Made by a program: the position numbers and the translations under genes. From the IMG/VR virus record IMGVR_UViG_3300045284_000122, positions 1 to 46,804 of that record: DNA of 46,804 nt; one strand, 5' to 3'. This DNA comes from a virus. Shown here piece by piece: positions 14,725 to 22,437 of the stretch (position 1 is its first letter; every line of letters starts with the position of its first letter). Under the pieces are notes generated by a model. It worked only from the letters and a program-made list of their open reading frames with translations, was not told the DNA's origin and did no database searches.

Positions 14725-16578
14725 GTGAGCGCCACCGCCGAGGACATCCGGGAGCGGCTCGGATGGGACACGCCGTACTACGCCGAGCACTGCCTCCAGA
14801 TCGTCGACAAGCACGAGAAGCGGGTGCCGCTCACCCCGAAGCCCGCTCAGATCGCCCTCGACGCCAAGCTCGAGGCCCAGCGCCAGGCCGGGCACCCCCA
14901 GCGGGCGATCGTGCTCAAGGCCCGCCAGGTCGGGATCTCGACCTGGGTGCAGGCCAAGCTCCTCCAGAAGACGACCCAGCGGGCTAACCGAAACGCCCTG
15001 GTCGTCGCTCACGACCGCGACACGGGCGCCAAGCTCTACCTGATCGGCGAGCGCATGTACCAGACGCTGCCGGAGGAGGTGAAGCCCGAGATCCGGGCTC
15101 ACGGGCGGGCCCGCTTCCTTCACTTCGGCGAGCGCGGGGCCGATGCGTGGATGGCCGGATCCCTGTGGCCGGACTCGACCTACTTCGTCGACACCGCGGG
15201 GGAGTTCCAGGCCGGCCGCGGCGCCACCTACCACGACGTCCACGCTTCGGAGTTCGCGTTCTGGGGGCAAGCCCTGACCAAGCACACCGGGCTCATGCAG
15301 ACCGTCCCGGACACTCCCGAGTCGCTGGTCGTGATCGAGTCGACGGCCAACGGGCACAACCTCTTCCACGACCTGTGGCTCGACGCCGAGCAGGGCCGAT
15401 CGGAGTACGTGCCGTTCTTTTGGCCGTGGTGGAGGGAGGACGCCTATGAGCGCCGCTTTCTCTCCGACGGGGAGTACGAGGACTTCCGGGTCGGGGAGCA
15501 CGAGCTGTTCGGCGAGGACGAGCCGGGACTGATGGAGCTCCTCGGGCGCGAGCTGCCGGACCTGACCCAACGCGAGTGCCTCGCGAAGCTCAACTGGCGC
15601 CGCTGGGCGATCCCCAACAAGTGCGCCGGGAAGCTGGAGGTCTTCCACCAGGAGTACCCGGGGACGCCGGAGGAGGCGTTCCTGTCGACGGGCGCCCGGG
15701 TCTTCGACGGCAACACCGTTCGCAAGGTGCTCCTCGATGTCGAGTCCCTGTGGGATCCACGAGTCCCGTCCGATCAGCACCCCGGGCCCGAGCTGGGCCT
15801 GATCCGCGCTACCGACTCGGTCACCCGGGCCGCGCGCGTCGGGCGCGTCGACGTCCCGACCGAGCCGGAGTTCGTGCCCCGCTCCAAGCTCAACATGCTC
15901 GAGCAAGCCGACTGGCGCTTCTGGCTCAGTGTGCAGAACGGCAAGTTGATAATCCCCCCCGACCGCCCCTACGTGGTCGGCGCCGATGTCTCCGGCGGGC
16001 TGCCGGAGTCCGGGGAGGGCGATCCGGCCTACCACACGATCGAGGTGATCGACCATCTGACCAAGGTCCAGGTCGCCGAGTACCGCTCCCGGGTCGACCC
16101 CGATCTGTTCGCCGAGCACCTCTACCTGACGGCGCTTCACTTCAACTCGGCCTGGCTCGCGATCGAAATCACCGGCGGCTGGGGCCTGCCGATCGCGCGG
16201 AAGCTGTGGCACGACTACCGCTACCCGTTCCTGTTCATGCGGAAGAAGGTCGAGCAGCGCACCGACCGCGAGGTGGATCGACTCGGCTGGGACACCAACC
16301 GCCAGACGAAGCCGATCCTGCTCGCCGGCGGCCAGGAGCTCCTCCGCGAAGACACCCATGGCCTTCGCTCCCGGCGAGTCCTCCAGGAGATGCTCACCTA
16401 CGTCAAGACCGAGAACGGCCAAACGCAGCCCGAGCCGGGGAAGTTCTCTGACCTGCTCATGGCTTGGCTGATCGTCCAGCAGGTCGCCCTCATGCTGCCG
16501 ATCCGTCAGCGAAAGAAGAAGGCGTCGAAGCGACCGAGGCTCGTCCACCGCGCCCGTGATCCGGTGACGGGGTACTAG
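14725..16578 (+). CDS. terL: Terminase large subunit
   Basis: ATPase-type block VLKARQVGISTWVQAKLL, coupling motif VIESTANG, and a C-terminal nuclease-type VVGADVSGG ... AIEITGGWG. It is 617 aa and lies upstream of the portal. Confidence 0.85.
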   Translation: MSATAEDIRERLGWDTPYYAEHCLQIVDKHEKRVPLTPKPAQIALDAKLEAQRQAGHPQRAIVLKARQVGISTWVQAKLLQKTTQRANRNALVVAHDRDTGAKLYLIGERMYQTLPEEVKPEIRAHGRARFLHFGERGADAWMAGSLWPDSTYFVDTAGEFQAGRGATYHDVHASEFAFWGQALTKHTGLMQTVPDTPESLVVIESTANGHNLFHDLWLDAEQGRSEYVPFFWPWWREDAYERRFLSDGEYEDFRVGEHELFGEDEPGLMELLGRELPDLTQRECLAKLNWRRWAIPNKCAGKLEVFHQEYPGTPEEAFLSTGARVFDGNTVRKVLLDVESLWDPRVPSDQHPGPELGLIRATDSVTRAARVGRVDVPTEPEFVPRSKLNMLEQADWRFWLSVQNGKLIIPPDRPYVVGADVSGGLPESGEGDPAYHTIEVIDHLTKVQVAEYRSRVDPDLFAEHLYLTALHFNSAWLAIEITGGWGLPIARKLWHDYRYPFLFMRKKVEQRTDREVDRLGWDTNRQTKPILLAGGQELLREDTHGLRSRRVLQEMLTYVKTENGQTQPEPGKFSDLLMAWLIVQQVALMLPIRQRKKKASKRPRLVHRARDPVTGY

Positions 16579-16606
16579 CGGATAGGGTCCAACTCGCCGG
16601 GTCAGT

Positions 16607-16693
16607 GGGTAGCGGACAGTTCCTCGCTGGCCCGGCTTCGTACATCCGTCCAGAGCGCATAATCCGTGGTAGGGTCGGCGGTGTCCGCTACCC
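16607..16693 (+). promoter_or_regulatory. 12-bp perfect inverted repeat bracketing a -10-like CATAAT, upstream of the moron
   Basis: gggtagcggaca (16607-16618) pairs with tgtccgctaccc (16682-16693). CATAAT is at 16658-16663, and a strong RBS GTAAGGAGGAG follows. Confidence 0.35.
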
Positions 16694-16707
16694 CGTAAGG
16701 AGGAGCT

Positions 16708-17223
16708 ATGCGCTCCATAGCCTTCGCTGTAATCGCCTCATTGGCGCTGGCCGCCTCGGCCCAAGCGAGCACGACTTCGGTCCCGTCTACCTCCGACGAC
16801 CCGGCTTGGCTCGAGGCTCACGGCCTGACCCCGGTTTCCACCCTCGAGGTCCAAGACGACCCGGCCAAGCTGCCTCAACGTTGCTGGCACGCGCGGGTCT
16901 TCGCCGGCCTGCGGGCGTACAACAACGGGAAGCACAAGTTCGCGGTTTGGGCCTGGAACGAGGGCATCGTCTGCTCGCTGAACGGGCAGATCGACGAGTT
17001 CCACCAGCGCCACGGCAAGGGCTCGAACGATCCCTGGTCGGACGGTCCGTATCCGAGCATCGCCACGCATCAGCTGAGCGGCGACCGCCGGATGGCCTAC
17101 AGCCACTACCAGACCGACTGGAAGATGGGCTACGCCAACTGGGGCGCGTTCCTGAACCTGCGTCAGTACTTCTCAAAGCGAGTGGACCGGACGGTCCGCT
17201 GGCACCACTACGGCTCGTCGTGA
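16708..17223 (+). CDS. Secreted protein of unknown function (moron gene 1)
   Basis: Sec-type signal peptide MRSIAFAVIASLALAASAQA|S and a strong RBS. The gene is inserted between terminase and portal. Confidence 0.75.
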   Translation: MRSIAFAVIASLALAASAQASTTSVPSTSDDPAWLEAHGLTPVSTLEVQDDPAKLPQRCWHARVFAGLRAYNNGKHKFAVWAWNEGIVCSLNGQIDEFHQRHGKGSNDPWSDGPYPSIATHQLSGDRRMAYSHYQTDWKMGYANWGAFLNLRQYFSKRVDRTVRWHHYGSS

Positions 17224-17234
17224 AGGGAGAACTG

Positions 17235-17504
17235 ATGAGCAAGAGAGCAATGATCTGGATCGCGGCGGCAATCGCCGCCCTGGCGCTGGCGGCCTCCGCC
17301 TTCGCGCTCGCAATCACGAACGACGACGCCAACTGCCACGAGCAGACCGTCGCGGTCGCAAAGGCCAGCCACGGCCGAGACAGCCTGACGGTGGTCAACC
17401 CACCCGAGGGCTCGGTCGCAGCCGGTGGAGGTCAGCGGATCGAGGTCACCGGGCACCAGGCGAAGTTGAAGGGGCCCGGGACGCTCGAGGTCGTCTGCCG
17501 CTAG
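17235..17504 (+). CDS. Small secreted or membrane-anchored protein (moron gene 2)
   Basis: ATG 17235 is preceded by GAAGGGAGA. There is an N-terminal hydrophobic segment IWIAAAIAALALAASAFALA and two Cys residues. Confidence 0.65.
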   Translation: MSKRAMIWIAAAIAALALAASAFALAITNDDANCHEQTVAVAKASHGRDSLTVVNPPEGSVAAGGGQRIEVTGHQAKLKGPGTLEVVCR

Positions 17505-17551
17505 ACGGCGTGGCGCGGCAGGCGATCCGCTGGTCGCCTTCTGCCGTCGGT

Positions 17552-17576
17552 GGTGCGCGGTAGCCTTCCGCGCACC
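17552..17576 (+). terminator. Intrinsic-terminator-like hairpin closing the moron
   Basis: ggtgcgcgg (17552-17560), loop tagcctt, then ccgcgcacc (17568-17576): a perfect 9-bp GC stem with a 7-nt loop. Confidence 0.55.
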
Positions 17577-17577
17577 A

Positions 17578-17745
17578 TTGCCCGGCGCGGCGTACAGATC
17601 GCTTCACTTCCCGTCGCTCTACGAGGATCTCAAGGCGAAGGGATATTCCAAGTCGTCCGCAGCCGCGATCTCCAACGCCCGCTTCAACCAGCTTCACGGC
17701 GGGCACCCGCACCGAAAGCGACGGCGGAGGCGGCGTGGCGCTTGA
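17578..17745 (+). CDS. Possible small protein with a YEDLKAKGYSKSSAAAISNA motif (DUF7218-like)
   Basis: The frame contains FPSLYEDLKAKGYSKSSAAAISNARFNQ, resembling the conserved actinobacterial ...YE.L...G.SKEKAARI.NA motif (from memory). The only start candidate is TTG 17578, and there is no RBS. Confidence 0.35.
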   Translation: MPGAAYRSLHFPSLYEDLKAKGYSKSSAAAISNARFNQLHGGHPHRKRRRRRRGA

Positions 17746-18028
17746 GATCTGGATCCCGCCGACGGCCCGGGAGCCGAAGCGCCGGGTGCTCCGATGCGAG
17801 GTCTGCCTGCGCCGCGGGATCCTCAAGGAATTCCCGTTCGATCAGCGCCAGCAATGGCGCCGGCATGTGATCGCCTGCGCGAAGAAGCATGAGGACGTCG
17901 TCGACGGCGAGGTCGCTGAGGCGACCAAGTCGGCGTTTCGCTCCCAGGCCGACCCAGAGCTGTTCGCCCACATGCGCCGAAAAGCGGCACGGGGCGAGAA
18001 ACCGAGTAAGCCGCTCCACGCGGCATAG
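17735..18028 (+). CDS. Hypothetical protein with Cys motifs (CEVC...HVIAC)
   Basis: High GC3 throughout; the start is uncertain. Confidence 0.55.
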   Translation: MALEIWIPPTAREPKRRVLRCEVCLRRGILKEFPFDQRQQWRRHVIACAKKHEDVVDGEVAEATKSAFRSQADPELFAHMRRKAARGEKPSKPLHAA

Positions 18029-18037
18029 GAGGAACGG

Positions 18038-18466
18038 ATGAAACGCTCATGGTTCACGGAGCGCGATCAGGCAAGCGACTTCGGCGAAGGCTCTGAGGCA
18101 GCCCGCGCGAAGGCGATCGTGCTCGCGGAACGCTGCGACGCCGAACTGCTCGACTCGTTGCTTCAGATCGTCGTCTCCCTCCAGACGTTCGGAGGCACGG
18201 CGTTCATCGGCGTGGAGCGAAAGCGGTTCAACCGTTCAGGCCAGGAGGTGTCGCACAACGCCCCCGGCCAATACGTCACGACGGCGTACGTCCACAACTA
18301 CGACCACCAGCCGATGAAGGGCGTCCCGGAGGAACCGGACCTGAACCTCCAGGAAGCCGTCGCCCTGTACAGGTCCGAGATCCTGCAACCCGTCACCGAT
18401 CCCGAGGCGAACGGTGCTCCCGAACCCGTAGGGGCCGCTGAGGGACCGGATGCCGATCGGGACTGA
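18038..18466 (+). CDS. Hypothetical protein
   Basis: ATG preceded by TAGGAGGAAC; coding composition. Confidence 0.65.
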   Translation: MKRSWFTERDQASDFGEGSEAARAKAIVLAERCDAELLDSLLQIVVSLQTFGGTAFIGVERKRFNRSGQEVSHNAPGQYVTTAYVHNYDHQPMKGVPEEPDLNLQEAVALYRSEILQPVTDPEANGAPEPVGAAEGPDADRD

Positions 18467-20345
18467 GGAAGATCTCTCTCAGGAGGACCGCGACGTACTG
18501 AAGCGGGTCCGCGACGACAAAAAGCTCGCGGACGACTCCCGCAAGCCGCACGTCGACCAGTGGAACCGCTTCTACGGCCTTCACCGCAACTACCGCCAGT
18601 TGCGCCAGGCCCACTCCACGGCCAACGCCGAGGCTGATCGGGACGAGGTAATCGAGCAGGGAAAGCGCGAGTGGGGCGCCGAGTTGTTCATCCCCTTCGT
18701 CTACGCGACGGTCGAGACGGTCGTTCCCCGGGCGCTCCTCAACGACCCGGTGATGCAGATCAAGCCGCGGAACCCCAACTTCACGACCGACCAGGCGGAG
18801 GCGATCAAGGCCCTGTACGCGGAGCGCCAGGCCGAGATCGGCTACGAGATGATCCTCCAGCCGACAGCCCGCCGCGGCTTCAAGTACGGGCTCGGCGCCC
18901 AGAAGACCTTCTGGAATCGGAAGACCCGCGAGATCATGCGCCTGGAGCCTGGGATCTTCGGGCTCGGCACGGTGCAGCGAAAGCGGACCGAGGTGATCGA
19001 CGAGGGGCCGAGCGCCGAGGACATCGACATCTTCGACCTGTTCTGGGATCCGGTCGCCAAGAACGTCGATACCTGCGGCTTCATCATCCACCGCACCTGG
19101 CGCAACATGCGCTACGTCCGCCAGATGATCGAGTCGGGCGCCTGGACCCGCACCTACGACCAGTTCGACCTCAGCGCGATCGAGTCCTCAGCGCCGGCTC
19201 AGAACCGCGACTCGGTCTGGGCGGAGCGGATGAAGGCCGCTGGCGTCGCGACCGGGAACACCAACTCCCAGCAGGGAAAGCTCCACGAGGTCTGGGAGTA
19301 CCACGACGGCGAGATGGTTCACACGGTGCTCGACGGCAAGATCGTCGTCCGCTCGATCGAGAACCCCTTCTACCACCGCCAACTCCCGTTCCAGATCTTC
19401 CGCCCCACGCTCCAGGAGGGCGAGTTCGTCGGCATCGGTGAGATCGAGCCGATCGCCCACCTCCAGGCCGAGCTCAACACGCTTCGCTCCCAGCGCCGCG
19501 ACAACGCGACGCTCGTGCTCCAGAAGGCGTTCATCTACTCCGAGGGCCTCGTCGACCCCGACGATCTGGTCGTCGGCCCGGGGATGGGCATCCCGACGAT
19601 GGGCGCTCCCTCCGACGTGCTCCAGCCGCTGATCTTCGGCGAGATCCCCGCCTCCGGCTACCAAGAGGAGCAGGCGCTCAAGGCCGACTTCGAGTTGGCG
19701 AGCGGGATCTCCGAGGCGACGGCGGGCGCTGGCGGCGGCGACACCTCCCAGGACACGGCGACCGGCGTCCAGCTCGTGCAGGCGGCCGCCAACGTCCGCA
19801 TCCGCCTGAAGACGAAGAACCTCGAGCGAGAGATGCTCCGGCCCGCAGCCGCTCAGTGGAAGGAGCTCTACCGCCAGTTCCTGACCAACCCGAAGGACGT
19901 CCGCTACGACGACCCCACCTCCCCGACGGGCGTCAACTTCCTCCAGGTCAAGCCGAAGGACGTTCGCGCCGACTTCGACGTCATCCCGGCCGCCGGCTCC
20001 ACGGAGCCCGACAACGTCCCGCAAAAGCGAAACGACGCGCTCACCCTCTTCAATCAGGTGAACGGCAACCAGGATGTCGACGGGCGCCGGGCCCTCCTTT
20101 GGCTGCTCCAGCAGTTCGACATCCCCGACGCCGAGCTGTGGCTTGCGCCCGAGGCGCCGCAACTCGACGCCCAGGTCGTGCAGGAACTGCTCCTCTCGAC
20201 TGGCACGAAGCCCGAGCAGGTCACCCAGTTCCTTCAGGCCGCCATCCAGGGCACTCAGCAGATGCAGCTTCCGCCCGGTGAGCAGGCCGCGCCAGCGGCC
20301 CCGACGAACGGCGGGCAACCCGCCGCGCAAGGAGCCGCGAAATGA
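18450..20345 (+). CDS. Portal protein
   Basis: 631 aa, downstream of the terminase. The N-terminal region (...HVDQWNRFYGLHRNY...WGAELFIPFVYATVETVVPR) is typical of podovirus-type portals, and the C-terminus is acidic and flexible. Confidence 0.7.
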   Translation: MPIGTEEDLSQEDRDVLKRVRDDKKLADDSRKPHVDQWNRFYGLHRNYRQLRQAHSTANAEADRDEVIEQGKREWGAELFIPFVYATVETVVPRALLNDPVMQIKPRNPNFTTDQAEAIKALYAERQAEIGYEMILQPTARRGFKYGLGAQKTFWNRKTREIMRLEPGIFGLGTVQRKRTEVIDEGPSAEDIDIFDLFWDPVAKNVDTCGFIIHRTWRNMRYVRQMIESGAWTRTYDQFDLSAIESSAPAQNRDSVWAERMKAAGVATGNTNSQQGKLHEVWEYHDGEMVHTVLDGKIVVRSIENPFYHRQLPFQIFRPTLQEGEFVGIGEIEPIAHLQAELNTLRSQRRDNATLVLQKAFIYSEGLVDPDDLVVGPGMGIPTMGAPSDVLQPLIFGEIPASGYQEEQALKADFELASGISEATAGAGGGDTSQDTATGVQLVQAAANVRIRLKTKNLEREMLRPAAAQWKELYRQFLTNPKDVRYDDPTSPTGVNFLQVKPKDVRADFDVIPAAGSTEPDNVPQKRNDALTLFNQVNGNQDVDGRRALLWLLQQFDIPDAELWLAPEAPQLDAQVVQELLLSTGTKPEQVTQFLQAAIQGTQQMQLPPGEQAAPAAPTNGGQPAAQGAAK

Positions 20346-21316
20346 ACTTCACGCTTCGCAACAACACGACCTTCCCGGACGGCACCACGGTCGGCGTCTA
20401 CAACGCCTACGCCTTCCCGTTCGAGGGCTCCGGTCCGCCGCAGGCGACCCAGATCACCTCGGACGTGATGACGGACGGCGAAGCGGTCTTCTCGGGCCTC
20501 GACCCGGACACCACCTACACCGCGGCCGCCCAGATCGGCGGGGTCTGGAGGCGGACCAGCTTCCGCACCGACCCGGTCGGGCCATCACAGGGGAGCTTCG
20601 ACGCCTCCGACAACATCACCTTCGCCGGCGACGTCGGCTTCACGGGCGGGCTCGACCTGACGGGTGCCGACCTGCTCGTGCCGTTGGCGAGCCAGGCCGA
20701 CTTCGACGCCCATAAGAACGCGACGGCATCGGTACACGGCATACCGAATACGGCGGCCCTGCTCGACACGAGCAAGATCGGCGTCTCCATCGCCGCGCAG
20801 GGCGACTCCCGCTTCCCCTCGGCCGCCCAGCTCGCGGCGCTCGCCGGAACCGCCGGCACGCCGGGCGGCTCCAACCGGGTCGTCACCGACCAGGATCCTC
20901 GTCTCCCGATTGTCGCGATCGTCCAGGCACTCGCTGCCGCCATCGGAACCCCGGGCTCCGGGAACCCGTTCGTGCTCGACGACGACCCCCGCTTCACCTC
21001 GGCCACCGTTCGCTCAGTCGCCGACAACTACACGCTGGCCGACGGCGACGAGGGATGCTCGCTCGGCACCAACAACAACAACAACCCGAAGATCTGGACA
21101 GTGCCCCACTCGACCGTCTGGAACCCGATCATCGGGACAGTCGTCAAGGGACGCAACATGGGCTCTCAGCCGCTCTCGATCGTCGCTGGCACGACCGGCG
21201 GCACGCCGATCATCCGCTCCGATGGTGGGGTGCTCACCGTCTCGGACCAGTTCGCCGCGTTCTTCCTCGAGAAGATCGCCGCGAATACGTGGTTCCTGGG
21301 GGGGAACATCGGATGA
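20342..21316 (+). CDS. Fibre-like virion protein carrying the shared N-terminal FPxGTxVG module
   Basis: The N-terminus is homologous to those of 22438 and 26827. Repeated G..GS.N..V.D.DPR(L/F) motifs are typical of tail fibre proteins. Confidence 0.5.
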   Translation: MNFTLRNNTTFPDGTTVGVYNAYAFPFEGSGPPQATQITSDVMTDGEAVFSGLDPDTTYTAAAQIGGVWRRTSFRTDPVGPSQGSFDASDNITFAGDVGFTGGLDLTGADLLVPLASQADFDAHKNATASVHGIPNTAALLDTSKIGVSIAAQGDSRFPSAAQLAALAGTAGTPGGSNRVVTDQDPRLPIVAIVQALAAAIGTPGSGNPFVLDDDPRFTSATVRSVADNYTLADGDEGCSLGTNNNNNPKIWTVPHSTVWNPIIGTVVKGRNMGSQPLSIVAGTTGGTPIIRSDGGVLTVSDQFAAFFLEKIAANTWFLGGNIG

Positions 21317-22398
21317 GTCCCGTTCCGGCCGTCACCGTCGACGCAGCTCCGAAGGATGTCCCGCTTCGGTTCACCTACACCGGCGTCATGGAAATCGCCG
21401 GGTCGGCCCAGATCGACATAGCGACCCTGAAGCCGGGGATGATTCGCCTGCGCCGTGAGGAGTCGAACCCGATCGGCAACCCGGGAGCTCGCAACCCGGC
21501 TTCGACCATAGGAAGGACGAATCAGCTCATCGACGCAGGGATCGCCGTCTGCCCCTGCATCGAGACGGACAACTTCTCGAGCGTCGCCGCGTTCACCGCG
21601 TACCTCGAGGACTGGATCGCCGGCGTCGACGAGCCCCCCGAATTCTGGGAGTGCGGCAACGAGCCCGACTCCTATTGGCCGCCGGACGCCAGCGACCCGG
21701 ATTTCCCCGCTGACCTCAATCACCCCGACAACTGGAGCCCGACGGAGGTGGCGTTCTACCAGCAGAGCGTCCGCACCAAGTACCTCAAGTACATGACGGC
21801 GGCGAGCGACGTGCTCGACCCGCTCGGCCTCAAGCTCGTGCTCGCCGCCCAGATCAGCGGGAACAAATCAGCGGGCGGCCAGGAGAACGTGCTCGACGAC
21901 ATAGACGACGGGCTCCAGGGCTCCGACACCGATCAAGTGGATGCCCTCGCTATTCACCCCTACGCCCAGGAAGCTGACGACGTATACGACAGCGTCCAGG
22001 GCTATCGCAACAACATCGACTCGCACCCCGGTTTCAACGGGAAAGACGTCTGGGTTACAGAAGTGGGCTGGCCGGCGACCTACCGTCAGGACGGGTCCGG
22101 GTATCAGGATGGGACGCCCAACAACCCCGACGACTGGAACAACCAGCCGTCGAATCACCTCCACGTCAACCGGATAATCACGACCGCGCAGCAGTCGGGG
22201 AAGCTCAAGGCGTGCTTCGACTTGCTCACCATTCACCGCTTCTCCCTCAAGCTGGCCGCAGTGATTTGGTTCGCCTATCACGACTACGGGATCCCGAACG
22301 GCACTTGGGATCGCCATTGTGGGGTCCTCGACTTCGGCGAAGGCAAGCGGACCTCCTACAACACGCTCAAGAATTACCAGCGGACGTTCAGCCGATGA
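21313..22398 (+). CDS. Clan GH-A (GH5-like) glycoside hydrolase, candidate polysaccharide depolymerase
   Basis: FWECGNEPD gives the NEP acid/base motif (21658-21666). VWVTEVGWP gives the TE nucleophile motif (E at 22060-22062). There is no signal peptide. Confidence 0.65.
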   Translation: MSPVPAVTVDAAPKDVPLRFTYTGVMEIAGSAQIDIATLKPGMIRLRREESNPIGNPGARNPASTIGRTNQLIDAGIAVCPCIETDNFSSVAAFTAYLEDWIAGVDEPPEFWECGNEPDSYWPPDASDPDFPADLNHPDNWSPTEVAFYQQSVRTKYLKYMTAASDVLDPLGLKLVLAAQISGNKSAGGQENVLDDIDDGLQGSDTDQVDALAIHPYAQEADDVYDSVQGYRNNIDSHPGFNGKDVWVTEVGWPATYRQDGSGYQDGTPNNPDDWNNQPSNHLHVNRIITTAQQSGKLKACFDLLTIHRFSLKLAAVIWFAYHDYGIPNGTWDRHCGVLDFGEGKRTSYNTLKNYQRTFSR

Positions 22399-22437
22399 TG
22401 ACCGCGAGCGCCAACACAATGCCGGGAGGCTGACCCC

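Noticed and set aside
14257-16548. Very long minus-strand ORFs opposite well-supported + strand genes. Examples are the 763-aa ORF at 14257..16548, the 560-aa ORF at 2673..4355, and those at 19188..20330, 21868..22986, 38003..39016 and 39452..40537.
   Set aside because: Stop codons are rare in off-frames at this GC content. The translations are Arg/Pro/Gly/Leu-rich and low in complexity with no motifs, and each ORF lies antisense to a gene with clear family signatures (terminase, exonuclease, portal and others).
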